Shown: positions 10,206 through 20,603, numbered from the stretch's first letter. The stretch: DNA of 64,000 nt from Longimicrobiales bacterium (GCA_965202985.1 CBDBCF010000001.1:2528001-2592000), one strand, 5' to 3'. Notes: generated by a model from the sequence alone, not told the origin. A program made the numbers and translations.

Positions 10206-13030
10206 CGACCCAAACCCACCAGAAACTCGTCAACTTCATCTGGAGCATCTGCAACCTGCTTCGCGGCCCGTACAAGCGCAACGAATACCGCAAGGTGATC
10301 TTGCCGATGACCGTGCTGCGGCGCTTCGACTGCCTGCTGGCACCGACGAAGGACGCCGTGCTTGCCAGGCACAAGGAAGCGTCGCACAGGTCGGACGCTG
10401 TGATTCATAGCCTGCTGACCAAGGTCAGCGGACACGGATTCTACAACACGTTCAAGCTGGACATGAAGGGACTTCTTGGCGATCCGAACCACCTTGCGCA
10501 GAACCTGACCGGGTACATTGACGCGTTCTCCGCCGACGTGCGGGAGATCATGGAACGGTTCAAGTTCCAGCAGCAGATTGAGCGGATGGCCGAGAAGAAC
10601 CTGCTGTACGAGGTCGTGAAGCGCTTCGCTGGCACGGACCTGTCGCCCGAACGCGTCGACAACGTGCAGATGGGCTACGTGTTCGAGGAGCTGATTCGAA
10701 TCGGCGCCGAGCAGTCCAACGAGGAGGCGGGCGAGCACTACACGCCGAGGGAGGTCATCCGGCTCATGGTCAACTTGCTGCTGTCGCAGGAGGAGGACCT
10801 TCGGACGAGCCATGTTGTCAAGACGATCTACGACCCCGCGTGCGGTACCGGCGGGATGCTCGCGGTCGCCGAGCAGTACATCCGGGAGCTCAACGCCGAT
10901 GCGAGGCCGATTCCCTGCGGGCAGGAGCTGAACGACGACGCATGGGCCGTCTCCAAGTCCGACATGCTCATCAAGGGGGCGAAGGCCGACAACATCCTGC
11001 TGGGCGACACATTCACAAACGACGGCTTCCAAACCGACGAGCAGGGCAGGAAGTGGACGTTCGACTACATGCTGGCCAACCCGCCGTTCGGCGTCAACTG
11101 GACGCAGCGGCGATCGCACATCAAGCGGGAAGCGGAGTCGCAGGGCCACGCGGGCCGCTTCGGCGCGGGCCTGCCGCGCATCAATGACGGCTCGTTGCTG
11201 TTTCTGCAGCACATGCTGTCCAAGATGCGAGCTCCCTCGGAGGGCGGCAGCCGCATCGCCATCGTCTTCAACGGCTCGCCGCTGTTCACTGGCGGAGCGG
11301 GAAGCGGCGAGAGCAACATCCGTCGCTGGATCATCGAAAACGACTGGCTGGAGGCCGTGGTGGCGCTGCCCGACCAGCTGTTCTACAACACCGGCATCTC
11401 GACGTACGTGTGGGTGCTCACGAACCGAAAGGACCCGCGCCGACGGGGCAAGGTCCAGCTCCTCGACGCGCGCCGCTTCTTCGTCAAGATGCCGAAGAGC
11501 CTGGGCAACAAGCGCAACAAGATCGGCGACCCGGCCGACCGCGACGACGAACCCGACCAGATTCGGGAGATCGCCCGCATCTACGGCAACTTCCAGGACG
11601 GCGAGAGCCGCTCGTTCGAGGAGGAAGACCCTGTTACCAGGGCTCCTGTCCAGCGGGACAGCGTGGTCAGTCGCGTCTTCGAGAACGACGACTTCGGCTT
11701 CCGCGAGGTCGTGGTGGAGCGCCCGCTTCGGCTGAACTTCCAGGTCAGTCCCGAGCGGATCGACCGGTTGGGTGAGGTGCCGGCGTTCGTCAGATTGCCG
11801 GAGAACAGCCAGGAACAGATATGCGATCTAGTAGAAGCCTTCGCGGATTGCCATGGCGAGGGGTTATATCGAGATCGAGCCGAATTCTTGGCGGACTGGC
11901 GGGTTGTCGTTCGTCAGACAGGGAAGCCACAGTTTAAGGCAAAGGAACGCAGGGCATTGCTGGAGGGATTGGGGGAGCGCGACCCGGATGCCGAAGTCTG
12001 TCGCAACAGCCAAGGCGAGATGGAGCCCGATCCGGCTCTACGTGATTCCGAGATCGTGCCGTTGCGCGACGAAGTGGACGAATGGCTTCGGCGAGAAGTA
12101 CGGCCGTACGCATCGGACGCCTGGGTGGACCACAGCAAGACCAAGATCGGCTACAAGATTCCTCTGGTACATCGCTTCTATCGCTACGATCTGCCCCGGT
12201 CTCTCGACGAAATAGACGGCGACATTCGCAAATTGCATAATGACATTAAGGCGTTGGTGGAGGAAATAGGTATAGGTACACCCGCCGGCAACGTTATTGG
12301 GCCGGCCGCGTTCGTTCCGACACTGCCCCGTGACGGCATGCTTGTCGACCAGGTCGCAAGCTCCGGTGACCTCAACCGGATGTCCGTATGGCCACCGTTG
12401 ACGGATTGGCACACCCAAAAGGAATGGAGCGTCCGACCCTTGCGGTACATTATAGGACGTACGGATCGGATATCCGCTAAAGTGAACGATGATGTATCGC
12501 GGCGGTATATCGGGATGGCATCTGTGCAACCAATGACCGGCACCTTGACCGAATCCGCAGCACTGGACTGGAAGCCCCCTTCCTCTTCATCGAGCGGTTT
12601 CCGTAGAGGTGACGTTCTGTTTGGAAAGCTTCGTCCGTATCTGGGAAAATCGTGTATGCCAGATTTTGAAGGGCTGTGTTCGGGCGAGTTTTTAGTACTC
12701 GATGGTAATAGGGACATGGATAATCGCTACCTCTTTTATGTGCTGCTTTCGCAGCCCGTAATCGCATTGGCCGATGCCTCGGCCGTTGGGACCAAGATGC
12801 CTCGCACTAGCTGGCAAGAGATGGGATCGATCATGGTGCCCGTTCCTCCCGTCGAGGAACAAAGGGCAATATGTTCGTATTTGGACGATGTGATCAGAAG
12901 AATCGATGTATTGGATCAACAGGCCAGCGCGCTCATCGAACGCCTTCGCGAAAAGCGCCGAGCGCTTATCACCGCCGCTGTCACGGGCCAGATCGACGTC
13001 CGGGAGGAAGGGAGGGGCGCGACGGAATGA
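10202..13030 (+). CDS. hsdM: Type I R-M N6-adenine methyltransferase HsdM fused to a half-size HsdS (single TRD)
   Basis: EAGEHYTPREV, YDPACGTGGML and NPPF motifs, then GDVLFGKLRPYLGK TRD and PPVEEQRAI..LITAAVTGQIDV HsdS helix in the same frame. Confidence 0.88.
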   Translation: MTTQTHQKLVNFIWSICNLLRGPYKRNEYRKVILPMTVLRRFDCLLAPTKDAVLARHKEASHRSDAVIHSLLTKVSGHGFYNTFKLDMKGLLGDPNHLAQNLTGYIDAFSADVREIMERFKFQQQIERMAEKNLLYEVVKRFAGTDLSPERVDNVQMGYVFEELIRIGAEQSNEEAGEHYTPREVIRLMVNLLLSQEEDLRTSHVVKTIYDPACGTGGMLAVAEQYIRELNADARPIPCGQELNDDAWAVSKSDMLIKGAKADNILLGDTFTNDGFQTDEQGRKWTFDYMLANPPFGVNWTQRRSHIKREAESQGHAGRFGAGLPRINDGSLLFLQHMLSKMRAPSEGGSRIAIVFNGSPLFTGGAGSGESNIRRWIIENDWLEAVVALPDQLFYNTGISTYVWVLTNRKDPRRRGKVQLLDARRFFVKMPKSLGNKRNKIGDPADRDDEPDQIREIARIYGNFQDGESRSFEEEDPVTRAPVQRDSVVSRVFENDDFGFREVVVERPLRLNFQVSPERIDRLGEVPAFVRLPENSQEQICDLVEAFADCHGEGLYRDRAEFLADWRVVVRQTGKPQFKAKERRALLEGLGERDPDAEVCRNSQGEMEPDPALRDSEIVPLRDEVDEWLRREVRPYASDAWVDHSKTKIGYKIPLVHRFYRYDLPRSLDEIDGDIRKLHNDIKALVEEIGIGTPAGNVIGPAAFVPTLPRDGMLVDQVASSGDLNRMSVWPPLTDWHTQKEWSVRPLRYIIGRTDRISAKVNDDVSRRYIGMASVQPMTGTLTESAALDWKPPSSSSSGFRRGDVLFGKLRPYLGKSCMPDFEGLCSGEFLVLDGNRDMDNRYLFYVLLSQPVIALADASAVGTKMPRTSWQEMGSIMVPVPPVEEQRAICSYLDDVIRRIDVLDQQASALIERLREKRRALITAAVTGQIDVREEGRGATE

Positions 13031-14277
13031 TCACGCTCGTCCAGGCGCGCAACTATCGCAATCTTCGGGACGTTCGAGTACCGCTTCGGGACTTTCAGTT
13101 GCTGGTGGGCAAGAACGCTTCGGGGAAGAGCACGTTCATGGACGTTATCGCGTTCATGAGCGATTACTTGTCGGGCGGCCTGGAGAAGGCCGTGGCGGCG
13201 CGCTCGGCGGACCCTCGGGCTCTGGTGTACCAGGGGCGGGGAGATCGCTTCGAGTTGGTCATCGAGGCTGCGGTGCCCGCAGAGGTGGACGAGCGGACCG
13301 ACGGGCTCGACACGGTCCGATATCGCCTGACCGTGGAGGTCGGAGATCGACTCGGCGAATGCCGCGCTGCGGGCGAATCGCTTGCTCTCACGACCTCCGC
13401 AGGCTATCCGCCGTCGGGTAGCGGCACCCCGGCCTTGGAGACGAAAGCGAGCGGGGCGGCGCTGGTGGCGGAAGGGCCTGGAACCGCTCGTCCGGTGGTT
13501 GAGGGCACGGAGGGCACCGTGGCCAACTTCATGCCCGAGTCGGCTGCCGGGCAGACCGGAACGGCACGCGCCGCCACCGTGGACGCCGGCACGTCTGCGC
13601 TGGCAGCCCTGCCGGAGGAGACGGAAGCGTTCCCGGCCGCAACGTGGTTCAGGCAGTACCTGCTGTACGAGATTCACAGGATCGCCTTTGATATTGGGGT
13701 TCTGGCACGTCCCAATCCGCCAACGGATGCCAAGGGTTTCCTGCCCGACGGGTCGAACGTGGCCAGCATCGTAGCGCGGTTCCGAGAGGATTCGCCCGAC
13801 AGGTTTCATCGATGGGTTGACCAGCTTCGGTTGGATGCGCCGGACTTGGCGGACGTGTCGACTGTCGTTCGTGCCGAGGACGGCCATTCCTACCTGGTCT
13901 TCGAGCACCGGGGAGAAGTCAAAGTCCCTGCGTGGCTGGCTTCCGGCGGACTGTTGCACTTGGCTGCGTACACCCTGCCCACTTACCTTGCGTATCCCTC
14001 CGGAACGTACCTGTACGAGCACCCTGGGCGCGATGTCTACGCTGGCACCATGCATTCGATATACAGTGCTCTGACGAGTCTCTGGTACTCGCAGGCCTTG
14101 GTAGCCACGCAATCGATCACTCTTACGGCTTTCTTCAAGCCGAAGGATCTGCTTTGCTTTGGTCGCGACGACGACGGCGAGATCGATGTCGTGAGGGGTT
14201 CCGATCACAGGTACCTAAGGAATTGGAGCGCCGAAGTTGACGTGGGCTCCATCGTCGCATCGGGAATCCTCGGGTGA
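13027..14277 (+). CDS. MAD3-like ABC/AAA_15-type ATPase with degenerate catalytic motifs
   Basis: NYRNL, Walker A GKNASGKST; C-terminus VPAWLASGG..YLYEHP..ATQS..ASGILG aligns by eye with the MADS MAD3 family. Confidence 0.65.
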   Translation: MITLVQARNYRNLRDVRVPLRDFQLLVGKNASGKSTFMDVIAFMSDYLSGGLEKAVAARSADPRALVYQGRGDRFELVIEAAVPAEVDERTDGLDTVRYRLTVEVGDRLGECRAAGESLALTTSAGYPPSGSGTPALETKASGAALVAEGPGTARPVVEGTEGTVANFMPESAAGQTGTARAATVDAGTSALAALPEETEAFPAATWFRQYLLYEIHRIAFDIGVLARPNPPTDAKGFLPDGSNVASIVARFREDSPDRFHRWVDQLRLDAPDLADVSTVVRAEDGHSYLVFEHRGEVKVPAWLASGGLLHLAAYTLPTYLAYPSGTYLYEHPGRDVYAGTMHSIYSALTSLWYSQALVATQSITLTAFFKPKDLLCFGRDDDGEIDVVRGSDHRYLRNWSAEVDVGSIVASGILG

Positions 14278-14900
14278 ACCGACCAGACTTGATTGCGCTC
14301 GTGGCGGACAGAGTCATGTTCGGCGTGTTGGCGCAGGTGCTCAGGCGGCCCGAGTCGCTGGGCATACGTCCGATCGATCCACTGGTGGTTTTAGAGAGTC
14401 GTCATGATCCGGCGTGTGCCAGAATTGGCGTTCAGCGGTTGGGCAAGTATGCGAGGGACTTCGATCACGCCATCTTGATGTTCGACCACGAGGGAAGCGG
14501 AAGAGAGCGGGAATCGCCCGAGGAGATCGAGGCGAGCCTGGACGCGGAGTTTCGGCGGTCCGCCTGGGGTGACCGCGCCCGCACCATCGTCGTGGCGCCG
14601 GAGCTGGAAGTCTGGCTTTGGGGTGGTTCTCCTCATGTCGATCGCGCCATCGGGTGGACCGGGCGGTCGCCGTCACTGCGAAGCTGGCTGGCCGAAGAAG
14701 GCTGGTGGCCGGAGGGTGCTCCGAAGCCGTTGCGCCCCAAAGAGGCGTTCCAAGCGGCAGCGCGCGAGACTCGGACCACGGCCAACCCCAAGATCATGCA
14801 GGAGATCGCCCGGCGCGCGTCTCATCGCAGATGTACCGATCGGGCGTTCCTGAGGCTTCGGGACACGTTGCGGACTTGGTTCCCACTGGACAGCCCGTGA
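14274..14900 (+). CDS. MAD4-like (DUF4276/TOPRIM-like) protein
   Basis: DLIALVAD..RPESLGIRPI..HDP..FDHEGSG..PELEVW..PKEAF..CTDRAF..WFP pattern of the MAD4 family. Confidence 0.65.
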   Translation: MNRPDLIALVADRVMFGVLAQVLRRPESLGIRPIDPLVVLESRHDPACARIGVQRLGKYARDFDHAILMFDHEGSGRERESPEEIEASLDAEFRRSAWGDRARTIVVAPELEVWLWGGSPHVDRAIGWTGRSPSLRSWLAEEGWWPEGAPKPLRPKEAFQAAARETRTTANPKIMQEIARRASHRRCTDRAFLRLRDTLRTWFPLDSP

Positions 14901-17900
14901 CCACCTCCACCGGCGAGACGGCCTTCGAGGCCCAGGTCGAACGGCTCCTTCGACAGGGCGGCTGGCAGTCCGGCGACACCAGCGGCTGGGATGTGGAGCG
15001 CGCTCTGTTTCCCGGCGACGTCTGCGCGTTCCTCGAAGCAACCCAGCCCGCCAAGTGGGACGCCATGCGCAAGTTGCACGGCGACAGGCTGGGCGCGCTC
15101 GTCGTCGATGCGCTGGTCACGGAGCTTCGGATCAAAGGAACGCTTCACGTTCTGCGCCACGGGTTCAAGTTTCGCGGCCGGGTCTTGCGGATGGCGCACT
15201 TCAAGCCCGCCCACGGCCTCAACGACCAGGTGCTGGCACTCTACGACCAGAACAGGCTCACGGTCGCCCGCCAAATCCGCTGCCATCCAACCAAGCGCCA
15301 CACGGTGGACCTGCTCTTCGCGCTCAACGGTTTGCCGGTGACCACGTGCGAGCTCAAGAATCCGGGCACGGGCCAGACATGGCGAGACGCCGTGGAGCAG
15401 TACAAGAACGATCGCGACCCCCAGGCGCCTCTCTTTCGCTTCAAGCAACGGGCGCTGGTGCACTTCGCCGCCGACACGGAACAGGTGCACATGACCACGC
15501 GACTGGCCAAGGGCGACACGCGCTTTCTGCCCTTCAACCGGGGCAGCGACCCCGGCGGCGTGACGTGCGGGGCAGGGAACCCCGAGCACTCGTCCGGCTA
15601 TCGCACGGGCTACTTCTGGGAGGACGTGCTGGGGCGGGACAGCTTCTTGGACATCGTGGGCCACTTCATGTTCGTCGAGGAGCGCGAGAAGATGATCTTT
15701 CCGCGCTACCACCAGCTCGACACCGTGCGAAAGCTGGTGGAGGCGGCCCGAGCCGACGGCCCCGGCCACAACTACCTGGTCCAGCACTCGGCGGGGAGCG
15801 GCAAGACCAACAGCATCTCGTGGCTGTCCCACCGGCTGGCCAGCCTCCACGACATCGCCGATCGCAAGGTGTTCGACTGCGTGATCGTGGTCACCGACCG
15901 ACGCGTGCTGGACAGCCAGCTTCAGGACGCCATCTACCAGTTCGAGCACGCGCAGGGCGTCGTCAAGCGTATCGACAAGGACAGCAAGCAGCTGGCGGTG
16001 GCACTGGTGGACGGCACCCAGATCGTCGTCACGACCTTGCAGAAGTTTCCCTTCGTCCTGGGCGGGCTGCTGCGGGTCGCGGGAGCCGATTCCACCGATG
16101 CCGCCACGGCCTCGGAGCAGGAACGCGCCGACGAATGGGCGGCCGAGATCGCCGGACGCCGGTACGCCGTCGTCGTGGACGAAGCCCATTCCAGTCAGAG
16201 TGGCGAGACGGCCCGGCAGCTCAAGGCCGTCCTGGGGGCGGGAGCGGACACCGGTGTGGGTGACGACGCGGCCTTCGCCTCCGACGACCCTCCCTCCGGC
16301 GACTGGCAAGACGGTCTGAACGCAGTGCTGGCCTCCCGGGGCCGCCAACCGAACCTGTCGTTCTTCGCCTTCACCGCCACGCCAAAGGGGAAGACGCTCG
16401 AGGTGTTCGGCAGGCCCGGTGCCGCCGGGGGGGCGCCCGAAGCCTTCCACCTGTACAGCATGAGACAGGCGATCGAGGAGGGCTTCATCCTCGACGTGCT
16501 GACCCACTACACGACCTACAAGACGTACTGGCGGCTCCTCAAGCGCGCGTCCGAAGACCCCGACGTCCCGAAGCGCCGGGCCGCACGAGCGCTGGCCAAG
16601 TTCATGTCGCTCCATCCGCACAACATCAGCCAGAAGACGGAGGTGATCGTCGAGCACTTTCGCGAGAACGTGGTGGGCCGCCTCGATGCCCGGGCCAAGG
16701 CGATGGTCGTCACGTCGTCGCGTCTGCACGCCGTGCGCTACTTGCTGGCCTTCCGCAACTACATCGCCGAGAAGGGCTACAAGGATGTGCGGCCCCTGGT
16801 CGCCTTCAGCGGCACGGTGCGCGACCCGGGCACGGGCGACGAGTTCACGGAGCCTGGGATGAACCTGGACGCAACCGGCGAGCGGATAAGCGAGAAAGCC
16901 CTGCCGAGCCGCTTCGCGTCGTCGGACTTCAACGTGCTCTTGGTGGCGAACAAGTACCAGACCGGCTTCGACCAGCCGCTGCTCTGTGCCCTGTACGTGG
17001 ACAAGCGCCTGGACGGGGTACAGGCCGTACAGACGCTGTCGCGCCTGAACCGCACTCATCCCGGCAAGGAGCCGCCCTTCGTCCTGGACTTCGTCAACGA
17101 CGCCGACGACATCCTGGACGCCTTCAAGCCCTACTACGACAAGACGGAACTGGAAGCGGGATTGGACCCCAGTCGGCTGGAGGCGCTGAAGGTCGCGCTG
17201 AACCAGGCGCAGGTCTACCACTGGCGCGAAGTCGAGCAGTTCGCCAAGGTCTACTTTGCCGGCCTGCGCAACTCCCGGCCTAGCGTTCACGCCCGCCTGC
17301 AACGCCTCCTCCAGCCAGCGGTGGACCGGTTCGCGGACCTGTCCGAAGACGAGGCCCAGTCCGAGTTCCGCGACAAGCTGTCCGCCTACTTGCGGCTGTA
17401 CGAGTTCGTGAGCCAGATCGTCCCCTATGCCGACTCCGAGTGGGAGAAGCTGCACGCCTACGGAAGCCTGCTCGCACCGCTGCTGGCCGTCGGGCGCACG
17501 CCCAAGCTCACGCTGGACGAGGATGTCAGACTCGAGTACTACCGGTTGCGGCGCGCCCATTCCGGCCGGCTCCAGGTGGAGGAAGGCGACCCCGCGTACG
17601 TCGTCGGCCCCTCCGAGGTTGGGACCGGCCGCCCGGACGAGCCCGAGGCGCCCTTGTCCGAAATCATCGCGCTCCTGAACGACCGCCACGGAAGCGAGCT
17701 GGGCGAGGCCGACCGTCTCTTCTTCGAGGAGGTCCGGGCGGAGGCCTGCGCCGATCCGGAGGTCGTGCACCTCGCCCAAGCCAACGACCTGCAGAAGTTC
17801 GCCCTGGGCGTCCGGCAGCGGGTAGGCGAACTGATGGTGGAGCGACTCGGCAAGAACGACCAGATCGTGACCCGCTACATGGACGACGACGACTTCCAGG

Positions 17901-17959
17901 CCACTGCGTTCAACGTGCTCGTCCGGGCGATCTGGGAGGCGGCGAACAAGGCAGCCTGA
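14897..17959 (+). CDS. hsdR: Type I restriction endonuclease subunit R
   Basis: ELKNP nuclease motif, QHSAGSGKT, DEAH, FTATP, YQTGFDQP and QTLSRLNR; GTGA overlap with the upstream gene. Confidence 0.95.
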   Translation: MTTSTGETAFEAQVERLLRQGGWQSGDTSGWDVERALFPGDVCAFLEATQPAKWDAMRKLHGDRLGALVVDALVTELRIKGTLHVLRHGFKFRGRVLRMAHFKPAHGLNDQVLALYDQNRLTVARQIRCHPTKRHTVDLLFALNGLPVTTCELKNPGTGQTWRDAVEQYKNDRDPQAPLFRFKQRALVHFAADTEQVHMTTRLAKGDTRFLPFNRGSDPGGVTCGAGNPEHSSGYRTGYFWEDVLGRDSFLDIVGHFMFVEEREKMIFPRYHQLDTVRKLVEAARADGPGHNYLVQHSAGSGKTNSISWLSHRLASLHDIADRKVFDCVIVVTDRRVLDSQLQDAIYQFEHAQGVVKRIDKDSKQLAVALVDGTQIVVTTLQKFPFVLGGLLRVAGADSTDAATASEQERADEWAAEIAGRRYAVVVDEAHSSQSGETARQLKAVLGAGADTGVGDDAAFASDDPPSGDWQDGLNAVLASRGRQPNLSFFAFTATPKGKTLEVFGRPGAAGGAPEAFHLYSMRQAIEEGFILDVLTHYTTYKTYWRLLKRASEDPDVPKRRAARALAKFMSLHPHNISQKTEVIVEHFRENVVGRLDARAKAMVVTSSRLHAVRYLLAFRNYIAEKGYKDVRPLVAFSGTVRDPGTGDEFTEPGMNLDATGERISEKALPSRFASSDFNVLLVANKYQTGFDQPLLCALYVDKRLDGVQAVQTLSRLNRTHPGKEPPFVLDFVNDADDILDAFKPYYDKTELEAGLDPSRLEALKVALNQAQVYHWREVEQFAKVYFAGLRNSRPSVHARLQRLLQPAVDRFADLSEDEAQSEFRDKLSAYLRLYEFVSQIVPYADSEWEKLHAYGSLLAPLLAVGRTPKLTLDEDVRLEYYRLRRAHSGRLQVEEGDPAYVVGPSEVGTGRPDEPEAPLSEIIALLNDRHGSELGEADRLFFEEVRAEACADPEVVHLAQANDLQKFALGVRQRVGELMVERLGKNDQIVTRYMDDDDFQATAFNVLVRAIWEAANKAA

Positions 17960-18069
17960 AGCCCCGTCGTCGTCTACTCGTTCCGTGTCCGGCATCTCGA
18001 TTAGCTTCTTGCCGTCCCAGGTGTCCCGCGTTCGCCTGCCCGACGTCCCCTCACGACCCCGGTTCCCAC

Positions 18070-19012
18070 ATGCAAGCGTCCCGCCGACCGACTCGCGCAG
18101 CCTGCCTGGCCCGCACACCCCGCACCGCCCGCGCCCTCCTGCTCGCCGTCGTCCTCTCGACAGCAGTCAGCGTCCTTCCAACCGCAGCCGCCCCCGCCTC
18201 GACCCAGCAGGTCGGCCCCGAGAACGGCAGCCTGATCGTCGCCGGAGGCGCCTTGCGCGATCCCGCCGTCTTCCAGCGCTTCGTGGAGCTGGCCGGCGGG
18301 CCGTCCGCGCCCATCGTCGTCATCCCCACGGCGGGCGGCGCCGACGACTACGACCAGTTCTTCCGGGGACGCCGACCCTTCGAGAACGCCGGCGCCCGCG
18401 ACGTAACCGTCCTCCACACCTACGACCCCGAGGTGGCCGACACCGACGCCTTCGCGGAGCCGCTTCGCCGAGCCCGAGGCGTCTGGTTCACCGGCGGACG
18501 CCAGTGGCGCTTGGCCGACTCCTACCTGAACACCAAGGTGCACGACGCCCTGTGGGACGTGCTGGCGCGCGGCGGCGTGATCGGCGGCTCGTCGGCGGGC
18601 GCGTCGATCCAGGGCTCGTACCTGGTGCGAGGCGACACCCGCACCAACACCCGTCATGATGGGCGATCACGAGGTCGGCCTGGGCTTCCTCAAGGGCGTT
18701 GCCATCGACCAGCACCTGTTGCGGCGCAACCGCCACTTCGACCTGATCGAGGTGATCCGCGCCAAGCCCGAGCTGCTGGGGATCGGCCTGGACGAGAACA
18801 CGGCCATCGTCGTCCACGGCGACCGCTTCGAGGTGGTGGGCCAGAGCTACGCCGTCATCTACGACCACCGGGCCACGCTGGACACAGGCGGCCTGTTCTA
18901 CTTCCTGGCGCCCGGCGACCGCTACGACATGGCGGCCCGACAAGCATTCCGGCCCACCACCGACCAGCAGCAGCTGGACAGAGTGACGGGCACGCCCTGG
19001 CCGCCGTCCTAA
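18070..19012 (+). pseudogene. Secreted cyanophycinase-like peptidase (S51), one-base frameshift at ~18650-18652
   Basis: Signal peptide; IPTAG, FTGGRQWRL and GGSSAGA nucleophile in one frame; IDQH and GIGLDENTA in the next; extra C in AACACCCGTCATG (may be a sequencing error). Confidence 0.8.
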
Positions 19013-19070
19013 ATCGTCGAATGATGCAAGTTGACTGCAAACATACTCATGTCGTACTCAAACCACCGTT

Positions 19071-19844
19071 TTACGCAGCCCTCGTCATCCGTCCGGTGGC
19101 GACGGACCGCCAAACGCCCAGGGCGCCGACCGCGATCCATCCCGCGGCGCAGCCCAGGCACGCCAGCAGCGGCTGCACGCGAAACGGCCGGTCGCCCGTG
19201 AGCCCCAACGTGAAGTGCAGCAGGTCCACCGTCGGGAACAGCAAGATGCGGGCCAATCGCACGGCGCCGCCCCTTTCCAGCTCCGGGTTCTCGAACTCCG
19301 GCGCAAAGGCGAACAGCGCGAGCAGGAACAGCAGCACGACCGCCCCCCGGCCCCCCTTGTCGAACCACGCCGCCATGCCGAACGCCATCGAAGCGACCAC
19401 GAACGAACCCAACGCGGCCACGGGCAGCACGTAGCCCAACGGCCGCTCCGGCTGCCAACCCCGCGCCTCGCCGTACCCCATCATCGCGATGCCGCACAAG
19501 ACGACGACGCCCACCGACAGTGCCATCGTCTCGGCCACGCGAGCAGCTAGGTACCGCCCTTCCCGCACCGGCTTGTGCAGCCACAGCGCACTCTCCGGGC
19601 CGAACATCTCCCGGGGACTCGCAGACAAGATCAGGGGAACGGCGACAAACACCGCGACCATGCCGACGACCCAGTATATGAAGCGCTCTCCGTCCCACGT
19701 CACGAGCGCCAAGGCCCCCGCGACCGCGATCAGGATTCCCATCCCCTTGGTCCGCGAGCGCACCAGCAGCACGATCCGCCGTTCGAAAGGGACCAGGGGC
19801 CGGGTCATCGGCAGGCGCGGGTCCAATCGGCGGGCGCAAGTCAT
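19071..19844 (-). CDS. Multi-pass membrane protein, probable ABC exporter permease
   Basis: About 6 hydrophobic segments; directly downstream of the ABC ATPase; start ATG 19844 or 19808. Confidence 0.65.
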   Translation of the reverse strand: MTCARRLDPRLPMTRPLVPFERRIVLLVRSRTKGMGILIAVAGALALVTWDGERFIYWVVGMVAVFVAVPLILSASPREMFGPESALWLHKPVREGRYLAARVAETMALSVGVVVLCGIAMMGYGEARGWQPERPLGYVLPVAALGSFVVASMAFGMAAWFDKGGRGAVVLLFLLALFAFAPEFENPELERGGAVRLARILLFPTVDLLHFTLGLTGDRPFRVQPLLACLGCAAGWIAVGALGVWRSVATGRMTRAA

Positions 19845-19857
19845 CCGCGGACGCGAG

Positions 19858-20603
19858 TCACTCGTTGCCGCCGAACAGCTCCGCTTCCAGGCGGGCAGCC
19901 GGCGCGGCCTCCGGGTCCCGGTCGGAGCGCGCCAAGTCCCGGGGAGCCGACGTGCCCCCGTCCCGCAGGAGAACCACCGTGTCCGCGACGCGCTCCACTT
20001 CGGCAAGCTCGTGGCTGGCCACCAGGACGGCGACACCCCGATCCCGGGCGGCCCGAACCTCGCTGCGCAACGCGCGCCGAGCCGGCGGGTCGAGTCCTGC
20101 GAACGGCTCGTCGAGGACCAGAACGGCCGGGTCGCCCGCAAGAGCGCACGCAAACCACAGCCGACGCTGCGTACCGTTCGAGCACTTCGCCGCCTCTTTC
20201 CGAGCGTGACGTCGTCGAAGCGAGCCGTCTCGACCGCGCGGACGTAGGCGTCGCCGCGCGCCTCGGGCTCGACGCACAGGTCCACGCTGCGGGCAAGCAG
20301 GTCCCGCACCGTCCACGCCTTGGGAAGCACGACCTGCTCCGGAACGTACCCCACGCCATGCCGACGCCGGTACTCTGCGGGCGCCAAGCCCCCGACCCGA
20401 CAACGCCCGCTGTCGGGCCGCACGAACCCCAGCAAGGTCCTGAACAGCGTCGTCTTGCCGGCCCCGTTCGGCCCCACCACCGCCACGACCTGGCCGGAGC
20501 GCACGCACACTCCGACGCCTCGAAGCGCCACGTGCCTGCGCAACAACCGCTTGTACGACACCACGACGTCTTCGGCGAAGACTTGAGCTTCGGCAGTGCT
20601 CAC
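19858..20603 (-). pseudogene. ABC transporter ATP-binding protein with a frameshift at ~20197-20200
   Basis: Walker A GPNGAGKTT in the 20603 frame; LVLDEPFAGLDP and ASH in the frame ending at 19858; one base missing in GGAAAGAG. Confidence 0.8.

Noticed and set aside
14822..18118. Long antisense ORFs opposite hsdR (similarly opposite groEL, thrS, pheST, rny, recN)
   Set aside because: Expected artefact of high-GC codon bias; the sense strand carries clear conserved genes
19013..19072. Short AT-rich spacer with TTGACT and a weak dyad
   Set aside because: No convincing -10 or downstream sense gene; too weak to call
17440..19434. 664-aa ORF as a single gene
   Set aside because: Chimeric frame: overlaps hsdR, contains only the N-terminal two-thirds of the cyanophycinase, then runs out of frame
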